A DNA stretch of 64,000 bases from the NCBI GenBank assembly GCA_017428495.1, contig JAFRQS010000011.1, forward strand, positions 74,920-138,919, written 5' to 3'. The notes beneath the pieces are model-generated. The model searched no databases. It worked only from the letters and a program-made list of their open reading frames with translations, and was not told the DNA's origin. The DNA comes from Bacilli bacterium (GTDB lineage Bacteria; Bacillota_I; Bacilli_A; RF39; UBA660). The position numbers and the translations under genes were made by a program. Of the stretch, positions 30,008 to 39,565 are shown one piece after another; within the stretch, counting starts at the first letter, position 1, and the number at the start of each line of letters is the position of its first letter.

Positions 30008-30648
30008 TAATTCACCATCTCCCCAATATACTCAGTAAAATTAGTAAGATATATTATTCCAACTAACATCAATAATATCATAACTAAATTCAAAAACCAT
30101 TCTTTTTTTAAAACATTTGGTAATTTATCTCTCAATTTATCTAATAAAATAAATACAATAGCTCCAATTGCACCACCAATTATATTTAATATAATATCAT
30201 CTACATCAAACACCCTACCTATAATATTTTGTACAATTTCAATAGAAACAGATGATATAGCAGTAAGAATAACAGCAGGATATACTTTATTTTGATCCAA
30301 ATACGCTGTTACAAATAGCCCAAATGGCATAAATAATAGTATATTACCAACAAAGTTCTTTATAAACATTTTTGAATTCAAACTATATCTAAACATTTCT
30401 TTAAATGGTATATAATTTGATAACCCATAATTATCATCTTGAAATGTAACAATATAGAATAAACTAAGTAAATATATAATAAACAATAGATATGTTAATT
30501 CCTTGTAAAATACAAATTTCTCTTTTTTAGATATAAGATATGCAATTCTAACAGAAGAAAGAATAATAGTAAATATAACTATCATAGTCCATGCTCCTCC
30601 AAATATTTCAAGAATCATACCTTTTATCAATATTTCACTTCCTCTCAA
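30007..30648 (-). CDS. VanZ-family membrane protein
   Basis: 213 aa; multi-TM with VanZ-like motif region YIPFKEMF...NILLFMPFGLF. Confidence 0.55.
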   Translation of the reverse strand: MRGSEILIKGMILEIFGGAWTMIVIFTIILSSVRIAYLISKKEKFVFYKELTYLLFIIYLLSLFYIVTFQDDNYGLSNYIPFKEMFRYSLNSKMFIKNFVGNILLFMPFGLFVTAYLDQNKVYPAVILTAISSVSIEIVQNIIGRVFDVDDIILNIIGGAIGAIVFILLDKLRDKLPNVLKKEWFLNLVMILLMLVGIIYLTNFTEYIGEMVN

Positions 30649-31810
30649 TATCTATCCTTCTTACACTAGTTATATTGGCATATATCTTATAGAATATATC
30701 CATATATATTGTATTACTATTTGAACTATATTTCAATACTTTGTAACTAATTATGTACTCATCTTCATCCAATAATTCTTTCATTTTATTTTTAGAATAC
30801 TCTTTAGCATTTAAAATTGCTTCTGCTTCTGTATATATACCATTAATACTTTTTAATTCATAAATAGTATCACGTGATATTCCAATAGGTAAAATTGCAT
30901 TTTTATATATATATTCCTTACTCACATAACTATTATTAAAACCATTTTTATCAAACAAAATAATACTCTTATTAAATATATTTAAACTAAAAACTTGCTT
31001 CTTATTTCCAGTTTCTTCTTTTGTATCATTAATAAGTGGATATTCTACACTCAATTTATACCACACTTCTCCATATACTTCCCCTGAAGCTTCTACAGTT
31101 TTTTTAATTTCATCATTTAAATAAATATTACCACTAATAATTATGTCCCCTTTTTTTACATAATCATTTATATCCTTAACTTTCATACCACTATTAACTA
31201 CTATTTTTTTTATTACAGCATCTCTTTTAGCTACTATATCCTGAAATTCATAATTATTAGTAATATTATTTATTTTTCTTTCTTCAAGTCTTACCACATA
31301 CTTTGTACCTATTCTTTCAATTTCTAACCACTCTATTTTATCCTTATTATTATCCAATATCTTATTTTTTATTTTTTCTAATTCCTTAAAACTTTTTCTA
31401 AACTGTAATACATTTATTCCATTTTTATTTAATTCATTCATAACAAAATTTCTTGTCTTTTCGCTACTATGACTTATTTCTATAGAAAAGATAATATTAG
31501 TCAAAAAAATAAGAATAACTATTCCAAAAAATAAGGATATTAATAATATTTTATTAAATTTTAATTTATTAATTTTATCTTTTTTACCTCTATAGCTAAT
31601 AATATCAATTTTATTTAAAATACTTAATTTCTTTACTTTATTATAATCACATTCATTTATCTCAACTACTACCTCTTTAAAACTAACCACATTCACACTA
31701 TATATATCTATATTAAGCTTATATAAATTACTTAAAAACCTATCTATATTTTTAGTTTTAATTTTTAATACAATTATATTATTAAGATTATCTAAAAATC
31801 TATTCTTCAT
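30635..31810 (-). CDS. yqfD: sporulation protein YqfD (stage IV sporulation, single-TM)
   Basis: 391 aa, one central TM helix, immediately downstream of yqfC-like gene and upstream of the ybeY block, matching the yqfC-yqfD arrangement of sporeformers. Confidence 0.65.
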   Translation of the reverse strand: MKNRFLDNLNNIIVLKIKTKNIDRFLSNLYKLNIDIYSVNVVSFKEVVVEINECDYNKVKKLSILNKIDIISYRGKKDKINKLKFNKILLISLFFGIVILIFLTNIIFSIEISHSSEKTRNFVMNELNKNGINVLQFRKSFKELEKIKNKILDNNKDKIEWLEIERIGTKYVVRLEERKINNITNNYEFQDIVAKRDAVIKKIVVNSGMKVKDINDYVKKGDIIISGNIYLNDEIKKTVEASGEVYGEVWYKLSVEYPLINDTKEETGNKKQVFSLNIFNKSIILFDKNGFNNSYVSKEYIYKNAILPIGISRDTIYELKSINGIYTEAEAILNAKEYSKNKMKELLDEDEYIISYKVLKYSSNSNTIYMDIFYKIYANITSVRRIDIERK

Positions 31811-32042
31811 TAAAACTAATACTATTTATATCCCCAGATATAAATAATTCATCCTTCTTTAACTTAGATATAACTAATTTATTTCCACTTATAGATATAA
31901 CTTTATATTTAGTATTTACTTTAATACTTTTATCACTAAAATTAGATATACACACATAGTTAATAATATAAATACCAGATTTATATATATGTATTTCTAA
32001 ATCACTCGGATCAATATAGTTCTTTATCCTATCTAAAATCAC
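31800..32042 (-). CDS. yqfC: sporulation protein YqfC
   Basis: 80 aa; pattern ...HIYKSGIYIINYV...ISGNKLVISKL...ELFISGDINSI parallels B. subtilis YqfC. Confidence 0.6.
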   Translation of the reverse strand: MILDRIKNYIDPSDLEIHIYKSGIYIINYVCISNFSDKSIKVNTKYKVISISGNKLVISKLKKDELFISGDINSISFNEE

Positions 32043-32100
32043 AATATCACCTATTAAAATATATGAAAAAAAGACTTCATTAGAAGTCTTAAATAATCAA

Positions 32101-33342
32101 TTAACTGCCCGAAGTAGTGCATGAACTACCTGCACACCAATTTGTAACCCCATTACTTGTAATATGACATCTAGCCTCATTCCACCACTCAGTAGGAACG
32201 TGGCAATATACATCACCATTAGTACATTTCCATATTTCGCCACCTTGTGCATATCTGCAATTAGACTCACCAAATACTTGAGTTGCATGATTAAGATTAT
32301 CAGCTGAATATTTATTAGAAAAACAATTTATATCTGAATCTCCATTACCTCTATATAATATACATATTTCAGGGTCATCATTCCTAGTAAATTCGGTTGT
32401 ATCTCCAGGCCATCTTATAAATACATTTTTATTTAATAAAGAGTAATCTGCTACAGCAGTATTTGATCTTGTAACAAAACTATCAAAAGCATTATCACTT
32501 CGCGTAAGAAATGAAGTCATTTCATCATATACATATGTACCAGTATTTATTCTATCTCCAAAGTATAAACTAGTGCTCTCATTACTACCATCTTCCCATA
32601 TATCATTACTATTACTACATACCTTTGTCGCATGGGAATCATCTTCTGGATATATTTCATCATTGATATCATAACCTAAATCATTATATAATATCCAATT
32701 TTTACATGCAGTCTGATTAGTTACTGTATATGTATAACCCATCCAATAATTATCCATTAAAAATTGTGATGCACTATAATTGGTACCTATATCAGAACTA
32801 TTAGTACATACATTATTTGAATATAATGTTGCATCTGTATCAGTTTCTCCCCATGAAACAAATAGTGACTTTATAGCTGGTTTACATAATGTCTCATTAG
32901 TTACTGCATATACTAAAGAATATTCAAATGTATATAAATATTCTGGGGCATTTGGATCGCCTTGTGTACAACTTATACTATCTTTTGTACCACTACATTT
33001 TATTCCTGCAAATTTACTTCCACTTGCTCCTTTTAATTTTACTGTTGCGACTCCATTTAAATTATATGTAATTGTACAACTTGAATAATTGTCATTTAAT
33101 TTTGCAACATCAGTACATGGTATACTTGTTTCATCATAATTTGGATTTATAGCTTGTTGAGCCAAATAATCTTTTTCTGCATTTGTTGCTATTAATCTTG
33201 CGCTACTTTCCATACTCTTTAATCTTGATTCTTGTATTGTATTCATTATTTGTGGTATTGCTATTATAAGTATTACTGCTAATATTACTATTACTGCTAA
33301 TAACTCTACCAATGTAAAGGCTTTCTTCTTATTCTTTTTCAT
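32101..33342 (-). CDS. large prepilin-type N-terminal domain protein (type IV pilin-like), Cys-rich, two ~65-aa internal modules; paralog of 37115-38830
   Basis: 413 aa; class III leader MKKNKKKA/FTLVELLAVIVILAVILIIAIPQIM (Glu at +5, Ala at -1); first ~130 aa and last ~80 aa conserved with the 571-aa paralog, variable modular middle (Y[AT]VTN..C....[IV]K ... K[IV]C[ST]N repeated). Confidence 0.75.
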   Translation of the reverse strand: MKKNKKKAFTLVELLAVIVILAVILIIAIPQIMNTIQESRLKSMESSARLIATNAEKDYLAQQAINPNYDETSIPCTDVAKLNDNYSSCTITYNLNGVATVKLKGASGSKFAGIKCSGTKDSISCTQGDPNAPEYLYTFEYSLVYAVTNETLCKPAIKSLFVSWGETDTDATLYSNNVCTNSSDIGTNYSASQFLMDNYWMGYTYTVTNQTACKNWILYNDLGYDINDEIYPEDDSHATKVCSNSNDIWEDGSNESTSLYFGDRINTGTYVYDEMTSFLTRSDNAFDSFVTRSNTAVADYSLLNKNVFIRWPGDTTEFTRNDDPEICILYRGNGDSDINCFSNKYSADNLNHATQVFGESNCRYAQGGEIWKCTNGDVYCHVPTEWWNEARCHITSNGVTNWCAGSSCTTSGS

Positions 33343-33385
33343 ATCTTACTCCTATCTTATATCTTTATTATATCATTCTTATATA
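32950..33385. repeat. dispersed direct repeat copy 1 (5' end of pilin-like gene plus promoter), about 85-90% nucleotide identity to 38455-38875
   Basis: Hand alignment of 33001-33342 with 38498-38830 shows long identical runs (e.g. ATTCATTATTTGTGGTATTGCTATTAT, TACTGCTAATATTACTATTACTGCTAATAA) and shared upstream ACTCCT..TATAT..TTTATTATATCA. Confidence 0.7.
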
Positions 33386-33402
33386 TTTTTTTAAACTATA
33401 AA

Positions 33403-33426
33403 TAAAAAAATTAGACATAGTCTAAT
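33403..33426 (-). terminator. rho-independent terminator after yqeY
   Basis: ATTAGAC-ATA-GTCTAAT hairpin overlapping the yqeY stop, A-run on plus (T-run on minus). Confidence 0.45.
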
Positions 33427-33862
33427 TTAATTTGTTTTTTATTATTGAACTAACTAAAGACATATCAGCTTTACCCTTTAATTTTGATGAAGCCTCTTTC
33501 ATAACACTTCCCATATCTTTAATACTAGTAGCATTAACTGTTTTAATTATATGATCAATTATATCAATAATTTTTTCTTCACTTAATTGCTCAGGCATAT
33601 AACTTGATAATATTTTGATTTCTTCATTTGTTTGATCAATTAAATCCTGTCTATTACCTTTTTCAAATTCAACTATTGATTCTTTTCTAGTTTTAATTTG
33701 TTTACCAATTATTACTATTATATCCTCATCTGACACTTTTTCTAATTTCTTATTAATTCTTTCTAAATCAATAGATCCTTTTAACATTCTTAATGTTTGA
33801 AGTCTTAAAGTGTCTTTGGATTTCATTGCTTCTTTAATATCATTAGTTATTCTTTCTAACAT
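33422..33862 (-). CDS. yqeY: GatB/YqeY-domain protein
   Basis: 146 aa; MLERITNDIKEAMKSKDTLRLQTLRMLKGSI matches YqeY family start. Confidence 0.75.
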   Translation of the reverse strand: MLERITNDIKEAMKSKDTLRLQTLRMLKGSIDLERINKKLEKVSDEDIIVIIGKQIKTRKESIVEFEKGNRQDLIDQTNEEIKILSSYMPEQLSEEKIIDIIDHIIKTVNATSIKDMGSVMKEASSKLKGKADMSLVSSIIKNKLN

Positions 33863-33870
33863 ATTATCAC

Positions 33871-34068
33871 CTAATCATAGTTTCTATTTTTTCTATTTTG
33901 TTTTCTACTATTAATAATAGCATTTTTCTTTGCTTCTCTTCTTAATACTCCTGGTTTACTGAAATGTTCCCTTTTCTTCTTTTCAGAGAGAGTACCACTT
34001 TTTGCTACTTGTTGCTTAAATCTCTTAAGTGAATTCTCAAAACTACCTTTTACAACAGTTCTAGTCAT
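33871..34068 (-). CDS. rpsU: 30S ribosomal protein S21
   Basis: 65 aa, basic; LKRFKQQVAKSGTLSEKKKREHFSKP matches the bS21 signature. Confidence 0.85.
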   Translation of the reverse strand: MTRTVVKGSFENSLKRFKQQVAKSGTLSEKKKREHFSKPGVLRREAKKNAIINSRKQNRKNRNYD

Positions 34069-34163
34069 TATTTTATCCCTCCCTCCAACTTAAATTCAAA
34101 TGAATTATACCACCAAATATGATATATTTCAACAATTTTCTTAATAAGACACAAAAAAAAGCA

Positions 34164-34352
34164 CTACTTAGATGCTTCTTCTTTTGATAATACTTTTTTG
34201 CCCTTATAATATCCACATTCAGTACATACTCTATGTGGTCTTATAATAGCTCCACAATTAGAACACTTAGTTGTACCATTTTCTTCTATTTTATAATGAG
34301 TACGACGCATTCTTTTTCTTGTTTTACTTACTTTTCTAAATGGAACTGCCAT
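34164..34352 (-). CDS. rpmF: 50S ribosomal protein L32
   Basis: 62 aa; MAVPFRKVSKTRKRMRRTH and 4-Cys zinc ribbon. Confidence 0.85.
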   Translation of the reverse strand: MAVPFRKVSKTRKRMRRTHYKIEENGTTKCSNCGAIIRPHRVCTECGYYKGKKVLSKEEASK

Positions 34353-34368
34353 GTTATCCCCTCCTCAT

Positions 34369-34806
34369 TTAATCTTCTCTTATGAATCTCCATCCATCTC
34401 CAGATATAGGAGTATCATCAATATCCGCACTTACAACTCTTAATGGGATTTCCAATACAATATTTTGCCATATAATTGAAATAATATCAATAGTATTTTG
34501 ATTTATTTTTACATATTCTTCATCAAAATCATCTTCATTTGATAATTTTAACTCTGTTTTTATATCAAATGGATAATCGACGTCTTTCAATGTAATAGCG
34601 CAAGGAAGTACCATTGTACCTTTAATTTCAAGACTCATACTATATGAAGAATCTGTAACTCTTCTTATATGTGCATTAACATCCACTGGACTTAAATGTC
34701 TTATATCTGTGTTTTCATATAATGATTCATTTAATATAATTGTATCATTATATTCTAATTCATTTGTCAATCTGTTTTGTAATCTAGTTAAATCTAACAT
34801 AATCAC
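34369..34806 (-). CDS. yceD: YceD/DUF177 family protein (upstream of rpmF)
   Basis: 145 aa acidic protein directly upstream of rpmF, the conserved yceD-rpmF pairing. Confidence 0.65.
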   Translation of the reverse strand: MIMLDLTRLQNRLTNELEYNDTIILNESLYENTDIRHLSPVDVNAHIRRVTDSSYSMSLEIKGTMVLPCAITLKDVDYPFDIKTELKLSNEDDFDEEYVKINQNTIDIISIIWQNIVLEIPLRVVSADIDDTPISGDGWRFIRED

Positions 34807-34849
34807 TCACCTAGTAAATTATACTAGTTTTATTATAGAATTGCAAGTT

Positions 34850-35437
34850 TTATTTATCTTTATCCATATTAAATTTCTTAACTTTTAAAGGCTTTTTAAC
34901 TCTAACTGCTGATTTTTCTGTATTAACTATATTTTCATCTAACTCAGGTTCATACAATTTGATTTGCGGATAATATAGTCCATATTGTGATAATTCATAT
35001 GGTGTCGCATCAATCATACCTTCATCCATCATATCTTTAAATAAATCTAAATCTGCTGATATTTCTTCTACATCTGCAAAATCTAATTTTATATTTCCAG
35101 AATAAACATCCTCTTCAGGCTCAATTGGATAACTACCTATAAATTCATGTAAGTACCCATTTTGGTTAACCCATACTGTTCTCAATCCAACATTTACAAG
35201 TACTACCCCGTCTATTGTAACATCATTATCACTAAATATAAGTTTCTTTAATACAAAAATAACACCTTTTGGTATATTCATATTATTAATAGTAATATTA
35301 TCACTAAGCTTCAGTATATATTGCTCTTTATCATCAATAACTTTTCTTTCTACAGCAATCTTTGAACCATTCTTTGTTTTCATTGCAAATCTTTCTGTAC
35401 CTATCATTTCTTCATGTGTCTTCATACCATCACCCAA
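34850..35437 (-). CDS. hypothetical protein
   Basis: 195 aa ORF, no signal peptide, acidic middle and basic tail; no family recognised. Confidence 0.4.
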   Translation of the reverse strand: MGDGMKTHEEMIGTERFAMKTKNGSKIAVERKVIDDKEQYILKLSDNITINNMNIPKGVIFVLKKLIFSDNDVTIDGVVLVNVGLRTVWVNQNGYLHEFIGSYPIEPEEDVYSGNIKLDFADVEEISADLDLFKDMMDEGMIDATPYELSQYGLYYPQIKLYEPELDENIVNTEKSAVRVKKPLKVKKFNMDKDK

Positions 35438-35503
35438 TTAAATTTTAACATATAACTTCCAATAATTCTACAATTTATGTTAAAATTAATGTGAGGTGTA
35501 ATT

Positions 35504-35989
35504 ATGAGAATTGATAAAATTAACTATTATTTAGATATTGCAGAAGCTGCATTAGAAAGAAGTACATGCATAAGAAGAAATTTTGGTGCAATAATTGTTA
35601 AAAATGATGAGATAATTTCTACTGGATATAATGGTGCTCCAAGAGGTAGAAAAAATTGTACTGATTTAGGATATTGTATGAGGGAAAAATTAAAAATTCC
35701 AAGAGGAGAAAGATATGAACTATGTAGAAGTGTTCATGGAGAAGAAAATGCTATAATAAGTGCATCAAGAAGAGATATGATAGGTGCTGATTTATATTTG
35801 GTTGGTAAAAATTATAATGATGGTTCATATGTTAAAGATGCAAGACCTTGCTCAATGTGTAAAAAAACTATAATTAATTCGGGAATTAATAAAGTATATA
35901 TTAGAAATGATAAAGAGAATTATACTGTAATCGATGTACAAGATTTTATAGATAATGATGAATCATTAGAAGGAACTTTAGGTTATTAA
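35504..35989 (+). CDS. dCMP deaminase (ComEB-like)
   Basis: CMP/dCMP deaminase zinc motifs HGEENAI and PCSMCKK. Confidence 0.8.
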   Translation: MRIDKINYYLDIAEAALERSTCIRRNFGAIIVKNDEIISTGYNGAPRGRKNCTDLGYCMREKLKIPRGERYELCRSVHGEENAIISASRRDMIGADLYLVGKNYNDGSYVKDARPCSMCKKTIINSGINKVYIRNDKENYTVIDVQDFIDNDESLEGTLGY

Positions 35990-37101
35990 TGAATGTTATT
36001 GGAATAATTGCAGAATATAATCCATTCCATAATGGACATTTATATCAAATAAATAAAATAAAAGAATTATATAAAGATTCTATTATAATTGTGATAGTTA
36101 ATGGGAATTTTACTCAAAGAGGAGATATTTCAATAATAAATAAATGGGATAAAGCTAGAATACTACTAAATCATAATGTAGATTTAGTAATTGAACTTCC
36201 TACATTTTATGGAATAAATAATGCTGATATATTTAGCAAAGGAGCATTAAAAATACTAAATGAATTAAAGATAGATACTCTAGTATTTGGTACAGAAAGA
36301 GATAACTTAGATGATTTTTATAAACTAATTAAATGTAAAAAAACTAATGAATACAAGAAATTATTAAAAGAATATTTAAATAAAGGTTATTCTTATCCAA
36401 AAGCATCATTTGAATCTTTAAAGAAATTGACAAATATAGAATTATGTACTCCAAATGATATACTTGCACTATCATATATTGAAGAAATAGAAAATAACAA
36501 ATATAATATTAAACCATTAAATATTAAAAGAACAGCTGATTATCATTCAAAAGAATTAACAAATAGTGCTACATCTATTAGAGAAGCATTAAAAAATAAT
36601 ATTGATATATCTAAATATGTACCTAGAGATGTTATAAAATATATAAGTAATGTATCTTTAAATGATTATTTTGATTTAATAAAATATAAAATATTATCTA
36701 GTGATGATCTAACAATATATCATGATATTAAAGAAGGAATAGATTCTAGAATCAAAAAATATATATTAGAATCAAATAATTTAGATGAATTAATAAATTT
36801 AGTTAAAACAAAAAGATATACATATAATAGGATAAAAAGAATATTACTATATATATTGTTAGATATTAAGAAAGATATACAAATAAATGATTATATTAGA
36901 TTACTAGGATTTAATGACAAAGGTAAAAAATATATTAAAAGTATTAAAAAAGAAATTAATATACCATTAATATCTAATTATAGTAATAATAAAGATTTAT
37001 TAGAATTTGAATATAAAGTAAATACTATATATTCATTAAAACAAACTAACATAAATGAATATATAAAAAAAGAATTAAATAATCCAATAGAGATTAAATA
37101 A
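35989..37101 (+). CDS. tmcAL: tRNA(Met) cytidine acetate ligase TmcAL (YlbM/UPF0348 nucleotidyltransferase)
   Basis: 370 aa; N-terminus MNVIGIIAEYNPFHNGHLYQ matches YlbM/TmcAL HxGH-type motif. Confidence 0.75.
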   Translation: MNVIGIIAEYNPFHNGHLYQINKIKELYKDSIIIVIVNGNFTQRGDISIINKWDKARILLNHNVDLVIELPTFYGINNADIFSKGALKILNELKIDTLVFGTERDNLDDFYKLIKCKKTNEYKKLLKEYLNKGYSYPKASFESLKKLTNIELCTPNDILALSYIEEIENNKYNIKPLNIKRTADYHSKELTNSATSIREALKNNIDISKYVPRDVIKYISNVSLNDYFDLIKYKILSSDDLTIYHDIKEGIDSRIKKYILESNNLDELINLVKTKRYTYNRIKRILLYILLDIKKDIQINDYIRLLGFNDKGKKYIKSIKKEINIPLISNYSNNKDLLEFEYKVNTIYSLKQTNINEYIKKELNNPIEIK

Positions 37102-37114
37102 TTCTTTTTTATTA

Positions 37115-38830
37115 TTAGCTTATCCATTCACCGCATCCACCATTTATATTACATTCTTTTCCAGAATGATATCCTTCTTGGCAATAAAATTCATTACCAC
37201 TAGATAAACTTGTTCTATTAACACGGCACCTAAAACGCCTTCCTCCAGTATTTTGTTCACATACAATTGTATTATTCCATTCAGCAATAACATTGCAGTT
37301 ACTTTCCCCAAATACATTCTTCAATTGATCATCAATTGTATTATCAAAAGTAAAACAATTAAAATCATTATTAGTATTACCTTTATATTTAATGCAAACA
37401 GCTTTATCAGTTGTAGAATCAAATTCATCAGTATCTCCAGGCCATCTTATAAATACAATAGAATTAATATCATTAGGATTTGTATAAGTTTCAGTACCTT
37501 GATATACTCTAGTTGAGAATTGATTATATGCATTTTCCCTATTTAAAAATGCATATAAATTGTATTCATTACCAATACTGTCAGCAAACCATTCACTTGT
37601 TGTTAAAACTATACCTCCAGTATCATATCCATTACCATTACAAACACTAGTAGCAATTGCATTTGCCTCACTTTCTAAATAGCCCCATTTATTTATATAA
37701 TCATCTTTTATTTTAGTTTCACACTCCGATTTATTAGTCACTATATAATTATATAAGTATCTTTCATTATCAATAAACCAATCATCAGCTGTAGATTCTG
37801 TATATTCATCAATATTATTAGTATTGCTACATATTTTTTGAGCACTTAATTCAGCGCTTGAAACATCGTAGTTAAAGTTATTTATCAAATCTCCTTTCAC
37901 AAATGTTTTACAAGCGTTTGCATCAGTTACAGTATATAAATCTACTCCATCAGTTGTAGTTTTAGTTGTAAATGAACTTATACTAGAACTGCTAATACCA
38001 TTGCTAGACACTCCTGTAAAAAACCAATCACTTGTAGTAGTATATCTTATTGTATCTAAATTATTACATACTTTATAAGCTGTTGAAGCAGCATAATAAT
38101 CAGGTTCTCCATTATTCATTTCTTTTTGTTTAATAAATGGTAAACAACTTGATTTGTTAGTTACAGTATAGAAATCAGCACCATAGCGATTTATTTTACT
38201 TACAAAAGAACTTATTTCTGAATAAGTAAATAATCCATTTGCAATTGATTCATCAATATAATCAGATGCTGTAAAAGCTAGGCTTGATTTTGTGCATATT
38301 TTATAAGCATCTGAAGTAAGTCGATAATTACTTTTGTTATAATGCAATTCTTCAATTCTTTTTACAGCATTAACACAATTTGCTTCATTTGTTATTGTAT
38401 ATGTATATAATTCTCTAGGAATTCCAAATGAATACACATATTCTGATACATTATCTCTCTGTATACAATTCATTTCATCTTTTGTACCTGTACATGTTAT
38501 TCCTGCAAACTTACTGCCACTTGCTCCTTTTAATTTTATTGTTGCTGTGCCATTACTATTATATGTAATTGTACAACTCGAATAATCATCATTTAATTTT
38601 GCAACATCAGTACATGGTATACTTGTTGCATTATAATTTTGATTTACTGCTTGCTGACTTAAATAGTCTTTTTCTGCATTTGTTGCTATTAGTTTTGCAC
38701 TACTTTCCATACTTTTTAATCTTGTAGATTTAATTGTATTCATTATTTGTGGTATTGCTATTATTAGTATTACTGCTAATATTACTATTACTGCTAATAA
38801 TTCTACTAATGTAAATCCTTTCTTTTTCAT
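37115..38830 (-). CDS. large prepilin-type N-terminal domain protein (type IV pilin-like), Cys-rich, four ~65-aa internal modules; paralog of 32101-33342
   Basis: 571 aa; canonical class III leader MKKKG/FTLVELLAVIVILAVILIIAIPQIM; four repeats of TVTN..C...IK / KIC.N modules; conserved C-terminal block IVFIRWPGDTDEF...VFGESNC shared with the paralog. Confidence 0.75.
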   Translation of the reverse strand: MKKKGFTLVELLAVIVILAVILIIAIPQIMNTIKSTRLKSMESSAKLIATNAEKDYLSQQAVNQNYNATSIPCTDVAKLNDDYSSCTITYNSNGTATIKLKGASGSKFAGITCTGTKDEMNCIQRDNVSEYVYSFGIPRELYTYTITNEANCVNAVKRIEELHYNKSNYRLTSDAYKICTKSSLAFTASDYIDESIANGLFTYSEISSFVSKINRYGADFYTVTNKSSCLPFIKQKEMNNGEPDYYAASTAYKVCNNLDTIRYTTTSDWFFTGVSSNGISSSSISSFTTKTTTDGVDLYTVTDANACKTFVKGDLINNFNYDVSSAELSAQKICSNTNNIDEYTESTADDWFIDNERYLYNYIVTNKSECETKIKDDYINKWGYLESEANAIATSVCNGNGYDTGGIVLTTSEWFADSIGNEYNLYAFLNRENAYNQFSTRVYQGTETYTNPNDINSIVFIRWPGDTDEFDSTTDKAVCIKYKGNTNNDFNCFTFDNTIDDQLKNVFGESNCNVIAEWNNTIVCEQNTGGRRFRCRVNRTSLSSGNEFYCQEGYHSGKECNINGGCGEWIS

Positions 38831-38875
38831 AATACACTCCTCATATTCTATAATTTTATTATATCACATAAAAAA
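38455..38875. repeat. dispersed direct repeat copy 2 (5' end of pilin-like gene plus promoter)
   Basis: See copy 1 (32950-33385); same orientation, about 5.5 kb apart, flanking the yqeY-rpsU-rpmF-yceD-comEB-tmcAL block. Confidence 0.7.
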
Positions 38876-38941
38876 AGTAATTATATTTCAAAATAATAAA
38901 AATACAAATCTAGACAACTAAATTTGTATTTTTATTAAATA

Positions 38942-39565
38942 TTATTTAAAATTTGGGTAATAAGTAAATTCCATTATCTCATCTTTTACTGGATGTTTAA
39001 ACTTTAATTTATATGCCCATAGGTGTATTTGAATTCCTTCTTTATCTATTCCATATTTTTGATCACCATATATTGGATATCCATGATGTGATAATTGTAC
39101 TCTGATTTGATGATGTCTACCTGTTAATAGATTTATATCTATTAATGAAAAATTATTTCTATATTCAATTAAATTATATTCTAAAATAGATTCTTTACCA
39201 TCATCTCTCACATATGATGTATTAGTATTTTCATCTTTATATAATTTATCAATTAGTTTTTCATGTTCTAATACATGATTATGTACTAAAGCCATATATC
39301 TTTTTTCTATTTTCTTTTCTCTTATTAAATTTGAAAGTCTAGATGCAGCTTTACTAGTTTTTGCAAATACCATTACACCACCTACTGGTCTATCTAATCT
39401 ATGAACTAATCCAAGATATACATTGCCTGGTTTATTATATTTTTCTTTTAAATAAGATTTTATCATAGTAAGTAAATCTGTATCTTTACTAGAATCTTCT
39501 TGTACAGGTATATTATAATCTTTTACTACTACTATAATATGATTATCTTCATATAATATTTTCAT
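38942..39565 (-). CDS. RluA-family pseudouridine synthase
   Basis: Catalytic motif HRLDRPVGGVMVFAKT; start set at MKILYEDNHIIVV. Confidence 0.75.
   Translation of the reverse strand: MKILYEDNHIIVVVKDYNIPVQEDSSKDTDLLTMIKSYLKEKYNKPGNVYLGLVHRLDRPVGGVMVFAKTSKAASRLSNLIREKKIEKRYMALVHNHVLEHEKLIDKLYKDENTNTSYVRDDGKESILEYNLIEYRNNFSLIDINLLTGRHHQIRVQLSHHGYPIYGDQKYGIDKEGIQIHLWAYKLKFKHPVKDEIMEFTYYPNFK

Noticed and set aside
32097-33088. ORFs 32097-32288 (minus) and 32780-33088 (plus) overlapping the pilin-like gene
   Set aside because: Alternative frame/antisense of a confidently called gene.
37253-37516. Plus-strand ORF antisense to 571-aa pilin-like gene
   Set aside because: Antisense artefact.
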